The position numbers and the translations under genes were made by a program. Positions 10,555-19,622 of a stretch of 64,000 bases of DNA are shown here, piece by piece; within the stretch, counting starts at the first letter, position 1; every line of letters begins with the position of its first letter. Below the pieces are notes generated by a model. It was not told where the DNA came from, searched no databases, and saw only the letters and a list, made by a program, of their open reading frames with translations. Origin of the DNA: Candidatus Levybacteria bacterium RIFCSPHIGHO2_01_FULL_41_15 (GTDB taxonomy: Bacteria; Patescibacteriota; Microgenomatia; Levybacterales; UBA12049); the NCBI GenBank assembly GCA_001782165.1, contig MFNV01000007.1:15449-79448 (forward strand). Direction: 5' to 3'.

Positions 10555-11568
10555 TCATAAAGTTCCATATTGTGTTTCGTAGTATTTCAAATAGTTTTTG
10601 TTCTTAACTCTTTTCCACCAGTCCTCATTTTTTAAATACCACTCTACTGTTTTCTTAAGCCACTCATCAAAACTGTGAAGAGGGCTCCATCCTAATTCAT
10701 TTTTGATCTTTGACCAATCAATAGAGTATTTTCTATCATGGCCCGGCCTGTCTTTAACGTATTCAATAACGCTTTCATCTTTACCAAGTATGTTTAAAAT
10801 TTTCTTAATAACAGATAAGTTATTTATGTCCTTTGTTAATCCTCCTATACAATAAGTCTCTCCGATTTTTCCTTTTTTAATAATAAGATCGATTGCCCTG
10901 CAGTGATCTTCCACATAAAGCCAGTCTCTAACATATAATCCGTCTCCGTAAACCGGAACTTTTTTTCCTTCCAAAATATTTGTTATTGCAAGAGGAATTA
11001 GTTTTTCCGGGAATTGATATAGACCAAAGTTATTAGAACAGTTTGAAATGTTTATTGGTAGCCCATACGTAAAGTAATAACTTTTGACTAAATGGTCTGA
11101 TCCGGCCTTACTTGCAGAATACGGACTTCTGGGATCATATTTTGTTCGTTCATTAAATTTACTCGGATCATCGAGCTCTAGGCTTCCATACACTTCATCT
11201 GTTGAAATATGCATAAATCTTTTTATTTTAAACTTTAAAGAAGCATCCAAAAGCACTTGAGTCCCTACTACATTTGTCATGACAAATGGAGCAGGTTCTA
11301 ATATCGACCGGTCCACATGGCTTTCAGCAGCGAAATTTACTATCACATCAACTCCATCTATTGCATTTTTAACTTGATCCGGATTACTTATGTCTCCCTT
11401 GATAAAAGTGTATTTTGAATTTTTTTCTATATCCTTTAGATTTTCCAAATTTCCGGCATAAGTAAGTTTGTCAAAATTTACTATTTCATCATCCAGATGA
11501 TTCTTAATCCAGTAGTGTATGAAATTTGAGCCAATAAATCCGGCTCCGCCAGTCACAAGAATTTTCAT
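10555..11568 (-). CDS. rfbB: dTDP-glucose 4,6-dehydratase
   Basis: MKILVTGGAGFIGSNF, YSASKAGSD; classic RmlB. Confidence 0.85.
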   Translation of the reverse strand: MKILVTGGAGFIGSNFIHYWIKNHLDDEIVNFDKLTYAGNLENLKDIEKNSKYTFIKGDISNPDQVKNAIDGVDVIVNFAAESHVDRSILEPAPFVMTNVVGTQVLLDASLKFKIKRFMHISTDEVYGSLELDDPSKFNERTKYDPRSPYSASKAGSDHLVKSYYFTYGLPINISNCSNNFGLYQFPEKLIPLAITNILEGKKVPVYGDGLYVRDWLYVEDHCRAIDLIIKKGKIGETYCIGGLTKDINNLSVIKKILNILGKDESVIEYVKDRPGHDRKYSIDWSKIKNELGWSPLHSFDEWLKKTVEWYLKNEDWWKRVKNKNYLKYYETQYGTL

Positions 11569-11569
11569 A

Positions 11570-12043
11570 TTATCCTATTATTGGAAGCTCTAAGGGATGC
11601 TTTAAGTGTTGAAAGTACTTAAAAATTGAATCTCTGTGATCGAATGCAAAATCCTCTTCCAGCGGGATAGCATTTTCCGAAAACCACCCAGCTTCCGATG
11701 TCTCTTTATCGGTTTTAAAGTCTTCACCTTCTGCATTTACCACATAAATAAACTCCACATTTTGTCTATCTTCTTTGGGTCTTTGTGGGTTATCATTTAT
11801 TCTTAAAAGAAACTGCACTTTTCCCCTAATTCCGGTCTCCTCAAATAGTTCTCTTAAAACACACCCTTTTGTATTCTCATCTCTATCCAAAAATCCTCCT
11901 GGCATATCATACTTCCCTCCACGAAGTAGATTTGGCGCCCTTTTTATAAGAAGGACTTCTCCCCTGCTGTTTACGGTTAAAGCTTTTGCTGAGACATGGC
12001 GAAGTTTTCCCTTGCCACCATTTTCAAATTCGCAGATAATCAT
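11570..12043 (-). CDS. NUDIX hydrolase
   Basis: Nudix box GGFLDRDENTKGCVLRELFEETGI. Confidence 0.7.
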   Translation of the reverse strand: MIICEFENGGKGKLRHVSAKALTVNSRGEVLLIKRAPNLLRGGKYDMPGGFLDRDENTKGCVLRELFEETGIRGKVQFLLRINDNPQRPKEDRQNVEFIYVVNAEGEDFKTDKETSEAGWFSENAIPLEEDFAFDHRDSIFKYFQHLKHPLELPIIG

Positions 12044-12048
12044 AAAAT

Positions 12049-12786
12049 TTATAACTCTCCTGCCTTGACTTTTTCTGCAACCATATTATTTGCCCTAAGT
12101 AGCTCCTCATGTGATGTCCCGGCGTCAATCCACCAATCTAATAGCTCACACTGTAAGCTTCCTTCTTCTAAATAAATATTATTAAGATCCGTTACTTCAA
12201 GCTCGCCTCTTGCGGATGGCTTAAGTCTTGATATAAAGTCAAACACCCTTTCGTCATACAGGTAAATTCCGGTTTGAGCAATGTCCGATTTGGGATGCTC
12301 CGGCTTCTCCTCAATTGAGAGCACCATGCCATTATCATCTACTTCTATTACTCCATACTGCTGCGAGTGAGTGGGTATTTTAACACCGTAAACAACTGCT
12401 CCTTTATCCTTTTGCTCGAATTTCCCAATGACAGATTTAAGATCTGTTCTAAAAATATTGTCTCCGAGTATTACGACTATTTTTTCATTTTTAGCAAATT
12501 CCTTGGCATAAGAAATACCGTCTGCAATTCCTCCTTTAGCATTTTGTTGCACTCCGTAATAAATTTTTAGCTCAAACTCTTCCCCCGATTTTAAAAGGTT
12601 AGCAAAATCACCTGAATGATCTGGAGAGCTGATAAGAAGAACTTCTCGTACGCCGGCCCTCTTCATGGCCTCAAAAGGATAAAAAATCATCGGCTTGTTG
12701 TATATAGGAAGGAGATGCTTGTTGGTTACAAGAGTCAGGGGCCTAAGTCTTGTAGCGAGACCTCCCGCTAGAATAACTCCTTTCAT
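12049..12786 (-). CDS. rfbA: glucose-1-phosphate thymidylyl/nucleotidyltransferase (short RmlA-like)
   Basis: MKGVILAGGLATRLRPLT N-terminal NTP-transferase signature, 245 aa. Confidence 0.7.
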   Translation of the reverse strand: MKGVILAGGLATRLRPLTLVTNKHLLPIYNKPMIFYPFEAMKRAGVREVLLISSPDHSGDFANLLKSGEEFELKIYYGVQQNAKGGIADGISYAKEFAKNEKIVVILGDNIFRTDLKSVIGKFEQKDKGAVVYGVKIPTHSQQYGVIEVDDNGMVLSIEEKPEHPKSDIAQTGIYLYDERVFDFISRLKPSARGELEVTDLNNIYLEEGSLQCELLDWWIDAGTSHEELLRANNMVAEKVKAGEL

Positions 12787-12817
12787 ATTTTAAGTTCCTC
12801 AATACCTTTCGACAAAC

Positions 12818-13069
12818 TCAGAATATCCCAAGACCCCCTTTCATAAAGAAAAACACCAGAGCAAGACCCAAAGTTCCAATAATTACATATTCTATCATAA
12901 TCTTAATTGAAAGATCATGATTTATAAGATGGTGGATCACTCCGAAAAAAATATAAAAAACGGTTGTCAGAACTACAAGATTAAATTGTAAAGACCTGTC
13001 AGGTGCGGCAAGGAGGATAAACAAGAGCCCTAGTCCCAAAATAAGGATCAGAGAGAAATAATATTCCAA
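12818..13069 (-). CDS. small hypothetical membrane protein (2-3 TM)
   Basis: 83-aa, highly hydrophobic ORF in operon position upstream of the glycosylation genes. Confidence 0.35.
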   Translation of the reverse strand: MEYYFSLILILGLGLLFILLAAPDRSLQFNLVVLTTVFYIFFGVIHHLINHDLSIKIMIEYVIIGTLGLALVFFFMKGGLGIF

Positions 13070-13092
13070 ATCTTTCAGATTTTTGATTGTTT

Positions 13093-13983
13093 TCAGATTA
13101 CAACACCTCTCCCCAGGATAATTAGAATAAGAAGAACCGAGACCAAAAAGAAAACATGGTCCGGATTGTGTCTTGCAAAACCATAAAGTTTTTTCCTCTC
13201 AAGAATTATCATTTCTGATATAAATGCAAAAATAATCCCAAAAATAATAAGCGTGTTTAAATTGGAGGCAAGATGCCGGCTGTCAATAATAGATTTTTTA
13301 ACTACTTTTGAAGCAGCTACTTGAGTTCGGGCAACTTCGGGAAGTGGTTGTTGAGCTTCTATTTTTTGGACATTGGGACTGCTTTCGGTTTGAGCCTGTC
13401 TTGTTGATGGAAGGTAAGCCAAATTTCGGCTTCCGAATTCCTCAACTACAAGAACTGTTTCTTCACCATCCAACCTTCCAGTCATAACTGCAAATCCTAC
13501 ATCGCTGTAATTCGGCGAGAGCATATTTGCCCTGTGAGAAGAACTTGCCATCCAAGCATCTGTCACTGATGAACTTGTCGTAAATCCCCGCGCGAGGTTT
13601 TCTCCGGCATAAATATAGTTATATCCGGATTCTTTTATAAATTCCCAGGGTGTTCTTCCTTCAGGAGAATTATGAGCCCAGTAATTCTTTGACAACATAT
13701 CATTTGATTTATTTAAAGCAGCGGCTGAGAGCTCAGGATTAAAAACCAGGGGGGCAAATCCGTTCTCTTCTCTTTTCTGGTTTACTAGGACAAGAAGCTG
13801 TTCGGAGGTTATATCTGTTGATATTCCTAAAACTTCAGGAAATTTTACTTTTAAAGCACTCAGAGAAAAAGTGCCGAGAAATAAAAAGATTATAAGAAGA
13901 GCAAGTGTTGAATGCTGAAGAATTTTTGCCCTGTAATTATTGGATTTATGCGGGATAAACAGATGCCGCAAAAAATCTTTCAT
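13093..13983 (-). CDS. CAP/SCP/PR1-like domain protein with N- and C-terminal TM anchors
   Basis: Conserved CAP-domain segments (NYWAHNSPEGRTPWEFI, YAGENLARG, HRANMLSPNYSDVGFAV). Confidence 0.6.
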   Translation of the reverse strand: MKDFLRHLFIPHKSNNYRAKILQHSTLALLIIFLFLGTFSLSALKVKFPEVLGISTDITSEQLLVLVNQKREENGFAPLVFNPELSAAALNKSNDMLSKNYWAHNSPEGRTPWEFIKESGYNYIYAGENLARGFTTSSSVTDAWMASSSHRANMLSPNYSDVGFAVMTGRLDGEETVLVVEEFGSRNLAYLPSTRQAQTESSPNVQKIEAQQPLPEVARTQVAASKVVKKSIIDSRHLASNLNTLIIFGIIFAFISEMIILERKKLYGFARHNPDHVFFLVSVLLILIILGRGVVI

Positions 13984-13996
13984 CTTTTAAAGTATA

Positions 13997-14311
13997 TCAC
14001 TTGTAGTAAGGCTGAGCCAGTTCTCCGATTCTCTTGCCGTTAATGGGTATTTTCAAGAAGAAACCTAAGGCATTCGCAACAGACACTCCTACCCTAAGGC
14101 CCGTAAAGGATCCCGGTCCAGTCTTAACCTCGATTCTACCAATATCTTCAAGTTTCAAGTTATGTTTCCTAAAAAGCTTATCAATCAGAGGCAGGATTAT
14201 CTGGGCTTTCCTTGAATCTACCTTGTGTTTTAAAAAATATTTCTTATTATTTAACTTCAAACCCACGGTAATCCGTTTATTATCCGACGAATCAATATAT
14301 AAAGTTATCAT
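13997..14311 (-). CDS. tsaB: truncated TsaB-like protein (N-terminal ASKHA half only)
   Basis: Conserved TsaB/YeaZ motif GPGSFTGLRVGVSVANALG. Only 104 aa, against about 230 in canonical TsaB. Confidence 0.55.
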   Translation of the reverse strand: MITLYIDSSDNKRITVGLKLNNKKYFLKHKVDSRKAQIILPLIDKLFRKHNLKLEDIGRIEVKTGPGSFTGLRVGVSVANALGFFLKIPINGKRIGELAQPYYK

Positions 14312-14312
14312 T

Positions 14313-14906
14313 TTAAATTTTAAATTTTAAATTTATTTTGACTACTCCTTCTCTTAAAATTTTCCAGGGTTTTTGGGAACAATCAATTATAGTCGACGGC
14401 ACTTCCTGTTCGCATCTGCCTGTTAATACAAAATCAACAAGAGTAATGAGTCTTTTATCGATGTCGGAAAACTTCTTTGGAGCTTTTTGTCCATAAAAAT
14501 TTGCAGATGTGCCTATAATAGGCACCCCAATATTTTTAATAATTCTAAGGATTGTTTTATAATTTGGCATTCGTACCCCTAATGTTTTGCCGTTTTCCTG
14601 AAGTCTGGCTGGAGTTTTTTTAGGCTTGCAAGGAAGAACAATTGTAAGACTTCCTGGCCAATGGACTTTCATAAGTTTTTCAATAACTTCGGCCGAGATT
14701 GGCTTTAAATACTTTTGTGCCATTTCAATACTATCTACCAAAATAGGGGCGACTCTTTTTTCAGGTTTTCCTTTGATCTTAAAAAGTTTTTCTACAGCTT
14801 TTTCATTATCAACTCTACAACCAATTCCAAAAACTGTATCTGTTGGAAAAATAACTATTCCGCCCCCCTTCAAAATTTCGATTGCTTTTTTAATATCCCT
14901 ATTCAT
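14313..14906 (-). CDS. tsaC: L-threonylcarbamoyladenylate synthase (YrdC/Sua5 domain)
   Basis: FPTDTVFGIGC and SANFYGQ motifs. Confidence 0.8.
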   Translation of the reverse strand: MNRDIKKAIEILKGGGIVIFPTDTVFGIGCRVDNEKAVEKLFKIKGKPEKRVAPILVDSIEMAQKYLKPISAEVIEKLMKVHWPGSLTIVLPCKPKKTPARLQENGKTLGVRMPNYKTILRIIKNIGVPIIGTSANFYGQKAPKKFSDIDKRLITLVDFVLTGRCEQEVPSTIIDCSQKPWKILREGVVKINLKFKI

Positions 14907-14991
14907 TAATTTTAAATTTTAAATTCTAAATTTTTATTGAATTTTTAGTGTTTTAAAGTTTAAACATTTAGATTTGATTGAAAATTGTAAA

Positions 14992-15498
14992 TTAAAAATT
15001 TATTTTTGTTATGATTATTTTTCTTTTATTCTGACTTAGGTGTTCAAAACGAATATCGTACCTATTTTTTGGCAACAAACTTTTAATCTTCTCAGCCCAT
15101 TCTATAGCTATAATATTTTCAGAATCATTTATTATTTCTTCAAGCCCCAAGCCTTCTATATCATTTTTACTTTCGAGTCGATATAAATCAACATGGAAAA
15201 AATTCTTAAATCTTAAACCTGCCTTGCCGGCAGGCAGGTCGTAAATCTTATTTCTTATCTTATAATTTCTTACAATAATAAAAGTTGGAGAAATAATTCT
15301 CTTTTTTATACCGAGTCCCTTTGCCAACCCTTGTACAAAAGTGGTTTTACCTGATCCAAGTTCTCCAAAAAGCGCGAAGACTCTTGGAGTTTTTGTCCTG
15401 CGAAGCAGGATCTCACTTCGGAAGATAAAACTTTCTGCTAATCTTTGAGTTTCTTTTGAATTATTTGTAATGAAAATGTTCTGTTTTGTTTTATTCAT
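14992..15498 (-). CDS. tsaE: tRNA t6A biosynthesis ATPase TsaE
   Basis: P-loop GELGSGKTTFVQGLAKGLG and YjeE family length. The internal Met is taken as the start to avoid overlapping the upstream gene. Confidence 0.7.
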   Translation of the reverse strand: MNKTKQNIFITNNSKETQRLAESFIFRSEILLRRTKTPRVFALFGELGSGKTTFVQGLAKGLGIKKRIISPTFIIVRNYKIRNKIYDLPAGKAGLRFKNFFHVDLYRLESKNDIEGLGLEEIINDSENIIAIEWAEKIKSLLPKNRYDIRFEHLSQNKRKIIITKINF

Positions 15499-16345
15499 TA
15501 TCAATCTTTTTATTTTTAAAATACCGAAAGAGAAGCATAGCACACGCAAGAATAAAAATGCCTCCTGCCCCGATAAGAACCTTAAAAATATTGTTTTGAT
15601 TACTTCCCAGTACTTTTGCTTCCTGTTTTGCGTTATAAACCTTTGGAGTTAAGGTTGCGATTGCACTTTCTGTGCTTTTGCCAAGAACCGAAGTTGGAAT
15701 GTCGATCTTGGAATTCGTTTCCGCGCTTAAAATTTGTCTTGTGGAAGAAACTGGGGAGATATTTTTTTGCATGGATGTAGGAGCTACTGTTTTTATTGGA
15801 GGCTTTGTAGAAGTTATTTTAATTGGTTTGGGAGTTGGAGAAGAAGTTGGTGTTGGAGAAGGAGTAGACGTCGGAACAGGCATTGGAGTTGACGAATTAT
15901 TTGTACTGCCCTTTGTTGGATTATTGAAAATGGCCCACTCTCCAACGCCGTCGATATCACGTCCGTAAGATTTATTTGAACCTGGCCCAGTTGTATAGGA
16001 GTAACTGTCTTCAAGTGATGTTCCATTAAGCAGTTGAACTGTATCGGCGGTTGTCCTGTTTAGATTAAAAAAACCACTCTCAAAAATTTTATACTCAGGA
16101 GATTTAATTAATGTTCCGCCTGGTATTGTAAATTTCTGTGATCCTCCATCATCATCAATCAACCAACTACCTATATCGATAGGGGTTGTTCCCTTGTTAT
16201 ATAGTTCCACCCATTGACTTGAATCAGGATCCACCAGGAATTCATTTATTACTACATCTCCAGCTAAAACATGCGGAGGAAAGGCTAGGGAAAGAAAAAA
16301 TATTGTGGCAAAAAAAGAGATAAATTTTTGAAGAACTTCTTTCAT
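15491..16345 (-). CDS. lamin-tail-domain (LTD) surface protein with Pro/Thr/Ser linker and C-terminal TM anchor
   Basis: The LTD core (VVINEFLVDPDSSQWVELYN...IDIGSWLIDDDGG) follows a signal peptide. The start codon at 16343-16345 overlaps the TGA of the upstream M23 gene by one base (ATGA). Confidence 0.6.
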   Translation of the reverse strand: MKEVLQKFISFFATIFFLSLAFPPHVLAGDVVINEFLVDPDSSQWVELYNKGTTPIDIGSWLIDDDGGSQKFTIPGGTLIKSPEYKIFESGFFNLNRTTADTVQLLNGTSLEDSYSYTTGPGSNKSYGRDIDGVGEWAIFNNPTKGSTNNSSTPMPVPTSTPSPTPTSSPTPKPIKITSTKPPIKTVAPTSMQKNISPVSSTRQILSAETNSKIDIPTSVLGKSTESAIATLTPKVYNAKQEAKVLGSNQNNIFKVLIGAGGIFILACAMLLFRYFKNKKIDNE

Positions 16346-17544
16346 CAAGGAACGGTATGAAGGTAAAATGTCTGAATCCCATCCGATTGATCCACCCTTA
16401 CAAAATTTAGCTGTCCACCCCCACATGCAATGCTTCCGCGGAAAAGCTCGCCATCCCTGACTGCTTTAACTGCCAAAGAAGAGCTCGAAAAAATATCTAT
16501 ACCCGTATGAGGCCCTCCCCCATACCAACCTATTCTTGCCCAATAGGTCATTCCATAGCCTTGTTCTATATATATAGGGTCGGAGATCGGCCAGGGCCAA
16601 GAACCCCCAAAAGAGAAGGACCCGTCCGGAGAGTTTTCAAAAGTAATGCTTCTGTCAGACAAATATTGGCTCGGGTCTTGAGTTCCTCCATCTTTCTTAA
16701 CCTCAAAATGAAGATGGGTTCCTGAAGAGCAAGGTGAAGCTCCATTTATAATATAAGCGACTATGTCTCCCTCCTTGATAGGTCCTACTGAAACAACATT
16801 TCCTCCCCCTGCTGTAATTTGTTGTATCGCCCGCTGTTCTGCAAGTGCTGCCTGAAGTTTCTGCTGATAGACTGCTTCGCTATTTTGCGTAACCTTAAAA
16901 AGCGCTTGTTTGTCTGCCTTCTCCTGATCAAGCTCTCTATTATAGTTTTCAAGCTGGGCTTTAAGAGCTTCAACTTTTTTCTTTTTATCTTCAAATATTT
17001 CTTTCTGATTTACGTAATCGTTCTTGGCCTGAGTTGTGTCAAAAATTAATCTTTTATCGTGTTCCTGTGCAATCTTAAGATAATTAAGTCTTGTAAAAAA
17101 ATTTGAAACATTATCCGATGAAAGAAGGACATGAAATGGCTGGACTGTCCCTACTTCATATGTTGCTACAATGCGATTTATAAGAACCCCGGTCAGCTTA
17201 ACCAAGGAATTTTGGAGCGTATCGATTTTCTTATCGGCAGTATCTATATCAAGATTAAGGTCTGTAATCTCCTGCTTGGTGGAATCAATTCTAAGCTGTG
17301 TGAGCTTTATTTGACTGTCCATTACCGCAATCTGCGAGGACAATGTCTTCTGTTGATTTTTAAGATCAGTTATTTTTACCTGAAGATCATTTATCTGGTC
17401 CTGAATTTCTCGAAGCTTCCCTTGGTCAGGTGCAGGAGTAGATGTGGGAGACGGTGTTTGGGCAAAAGTATTATAAGAGAAAAAAACTGTACAAAAGATT
17501 ATTATTAGAGAAAAAAAAGTAAAAAGTTTTGCCTTCCTTAACAT
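16345..17544 (-). CDS. coiled-coil M23/LytM peptidase (EnvC-like), apparently circularly permuted catalytic domain
   Basis: N-terminal signal peptide and a long coiled coil (about 200 aa). The C-terminal region carries the M23 motifs in the order GxxxxxxGTHLHFEV, then GGGPHTGIDIF, then NFVRVDQSDGIQTFYLH. Confidence 0.65.
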   Translation of the reverse strand: MLRKAKLFTFFSLIIIFCTVFFSYNTFAQTPSPTSTPAPDQGKLREIQDQINDLQVKITDLKNQQKTLSSQIAVMDSQIKLTQLRIDSTKQEITDLNLDIDTADKKIDTLQNSLVKLTGVLINRIVATYEVGTVQPFHVLLSSDNVSNFFTRLNYLKIAQEHDKRLIFDTTQAKNDYVNQKEIFEDKKKKVEALKAQLENYNRELDQEKADKQALFKVTQNSEAVYQQKLQAALAEQRAIQQITAGGGNVVSVGPIKEGDIVAYIINGASPCSSGTHLHFEVKKDGGTQDPSQYLSDRSITFENSPDGSFSFGGSWPWPISDPIYIEQGYGMTYWARIGWYGGGPHTGIDIFSSSSLAVKAVRDGELFRGSIACGGGQLNFVRVDQSDGIQTFYLHTVP

Positions 17545-17553
17545 AGAAAGTTT

Positions 17554-18420
17554 TCATTTAAGGTATCTTAAGACCGCAAGAAAGCTTGATAAAAACCCTA
17601 AGATAATTGCAAATATGAGTTCTCCTCCCAAGACTACCAAAAGAAAAACTATAGATACAGGAAAAAGGGGTATGCCCTTTAAGAATGAAGATAGAAAAGG
17701 GGCAGAATACCAAAGAGACAAAGATGCAATGCCCCATCCTATTAAGGCTCCTATTATCCCATAAAAAATTCCCTCAAAAATAAAAGGCCATCTTATATAC
17801 CAGTCAGATGCTCCTATTAATTTCATTATTTCTATATCCTCTTTTCGATGGGAAATTTTTATTCCGATAATAGTAATCATTATAAATATTGACACCAAAG
17901 ATAAAACAACAATAAGGGCAATGCCTATTCTTCTTGCCGCATTTGTCCATGATACAAGGGTTGAAACAATATCTTTTTGAAAAATTACCTCCTCAACAAT
18001 GGGTGAAGATTTAAGAAGATCCGATATTCCTGACAGATCTTCTATCCTAACTGCCGAAATCTCCAAGGACGCAGGAAGTATGTCGGCGGTAACCAGATCC
18101 AAAAGCAAAGGATCATCTTTATTCTGCTGCCTATAAATTTCAAGCGCTTCCTTTTTTGAGACGAATTTTATCGATGAAGCCTTTCCGCTCTCCTTTATTC
18201 TCCCGGAAAGCGTATCCATTTCGCTTTGTTTTGCCTCATTCTTAAAAAAGGCGGTAACTTGAGGTTTTGATTCAAAGAAATTTATGATTTTTGAGGACCC
18301 TGTCAAAAGAAAAGTAAAAAACGAAACAACCAAAAAGGTAAGCATCATTATCAAAACCGCAGCAAGAGCCTGATAGGGAGAACGGCGCACATTGCGCCAC
18401 ATTGTTTTAAAAGACTTCAT
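17554..18420 (-). CDS. ftsX: cell division permease FtsX
   Basis: 4-TM topology with a large periplasmic loop. Adjacent to ftsE with a 4-nt overlap. Confidence 0.75.
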   Translation of the reverse strand: MKSFKTMWRNVRRSPYQALAAVLIMMLTFLVVSFFTFLLTGSSKIINFFESKPQVTAFFKNEAKQSEMDTLSGRIKESGKASSIKFVSKKEALEIYRQQNKDDPLLLDLVTADILPASLEISAVRIEDLSGISDLLKSSPIVEEVIFQKDIVSTLVSWTNAARRIGIALIVVLSLVSIFIMITIIGIKISHRKEDIEIMKLIGASDWYIRWPFIFEGIFYGIIGALIGWGIASLSLWYSAPFLSSFLKGIPLFPVSIVFLLVVLGGELIFAIILGFLSSFLAVLRYLK

Positions 18421-19115
18421 TTATCTTTTTTATCCTCTTCTTTTTTCTCTGTCTGTCTATCGTCTCTTATTAACTTTCCCCTTTCAAGAGTAACTACTCT
18501 TTTACCCATATTCTTAACTATATCCGTATTGTGGCTTGCCATAATTACCGTAGTCCCTCTCTCGTTGATATCCGACAGAAGTTTTACTATTTCCCAAGAT
18601 GTGGCCGGATCTAAGTTTCCTGTAGGTTCATCTGCGAGAAGAATATCAGGAGAAAGAACCAAAGCTCTGGCAATTGCCGCTCTCTGAAGTTCTCCGCCAG
18701 ATAACTGTATGGGAAATTTATCCTTATGATCAATTAATCCTACTTGCGAAAGAATTTCTTCTACCTTTTTTTTTGCTTCGTCAAAATTTATTCCGGAAAC
18801 TTCAAGAGGAAGCATAACATTTTCAAAAACTGTTCTGTCAAACAAAAGCTTTAGATCTTGAAAAACAACTCCTATTTTTTTCCTGAGGTGCGGGATTTTG
18901 TCTTTCGGAAGCCTCATTAAATCCCAATCATTTACTATGACATTCCCCTCAGTCGGAAGAATTTCTCTAATAAGAAGTTTAAAAATGGTAGTTTTTCCCG
19001 ATCCGGTTGGTCCCACCAAAAAGACAAATTCCTTTTTATCAACAGCGAGTGTAACATCAGAAAGACCCAGGCTTCCGGTACCAAATTGTTTCGAAACTTT
19101 ATCAAGCTTTATCAT
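18417..19115 (-). CDS. ftsE: cell division ATP-binding protein FtsE
   Basis: Walker A GPTGSGKTT, signature LSGGELQRAAIARAL, Walker B LLADEPTGNLD. Confidence 0.85.
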   Translation of the reverse strand: MIKLDKVSKQFGTGSLGLSDVTLAVDKKEFVFLVGPTGSGKTTIFKLLIREILPTEGNVIVNDWDLMRLPKDKIPHLRKKIGVVFQDLKLLFDRTVFENVMLPLEVSGINFDEAKKKVEEILSQVGLIDHKDKFPIQLSGGELQRAAIARALVLSPDILLADEPTGNLDPATSWEIVKLLSDINERGTTVIMASHNTDIVKNMGKRVVTLERGKLIRDDRQTEKKEEDKKDK

Positions 19116-19573
19116 AACACTTCAACTCTTCCTACATCCATAAGCCAGCCGGCACGTTGCGCCTTGTTAGTTTCTCCCCAAACCTTAACTTTCCCTCCGA
19201 CAAATTTGGACAAGTCAACAATGGAAGATGTCAAATAAACATTCTGGCTTTCTCCTCCGGGTCTTTCAAGATGAAACTGTCCCTCCCCGTCAATTCCTCC
19301 TTTTTTAAGTACCCCTTCTGCGGTATCTTTAAAAGTTTTGAGGTCATTTGAACCAACAACAGTCCCGGCCTTGGGTTTTGAAGAACTTTGTGAAGTAAGC
19401 GATAAATCTTTTGTTGTCCCTCTTTTTGAAAGTAAATACCCGCTCCCTACCCCCAGAATAGCAACAACAATAAGAATAATTATAAGTTTTCCTGAAAAAA
19501 AGGATTTTTTTTCTTCGAATGCATTCATTACCTTATCTGTCTGCGGATCTTTAGTTTCTTCCATTAAGCTCAC
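19112..19573 (-). CDS. hypothetical single-pass membrane protein
   Basis: 153-aa ORF with a 4-nt overlap onto ftsE, one TM helix, and no recognisable domain. Confidence 0.4.
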   Translation of the reverse strand: MSLMEETKDPQTDKVMNAFEEKKSFFSGKLIIILIVVAILGVGSGYLLSKRGTTKDLSLTSQSSSKPKAGTVVGSNDLKTFKDTAEGVLKKGGIDGEGQFHLERPGGESQNVYLTSSIVDLSKFVGGKVKVWGETNKAQRAGWLMDVGRVEVL

Positions 19574-19599
19574 TCCTAACTATCTAGTAAACCACATTT

Positions 19600-19622
19600 T
19601 TGAGGATTTGACAAATCCTCAA
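19600..19622. promoter_or_regulatory. perfect 11-bp-arm palindrome TTGAGGATTTG-A-CAAATCCTCAA, 27 nt upstream of the ftsE operon's first gene; candidate operator or hairpin
   Basis: Read directly. Followed by a T-run on the plus strand. Confidence 0.35.
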
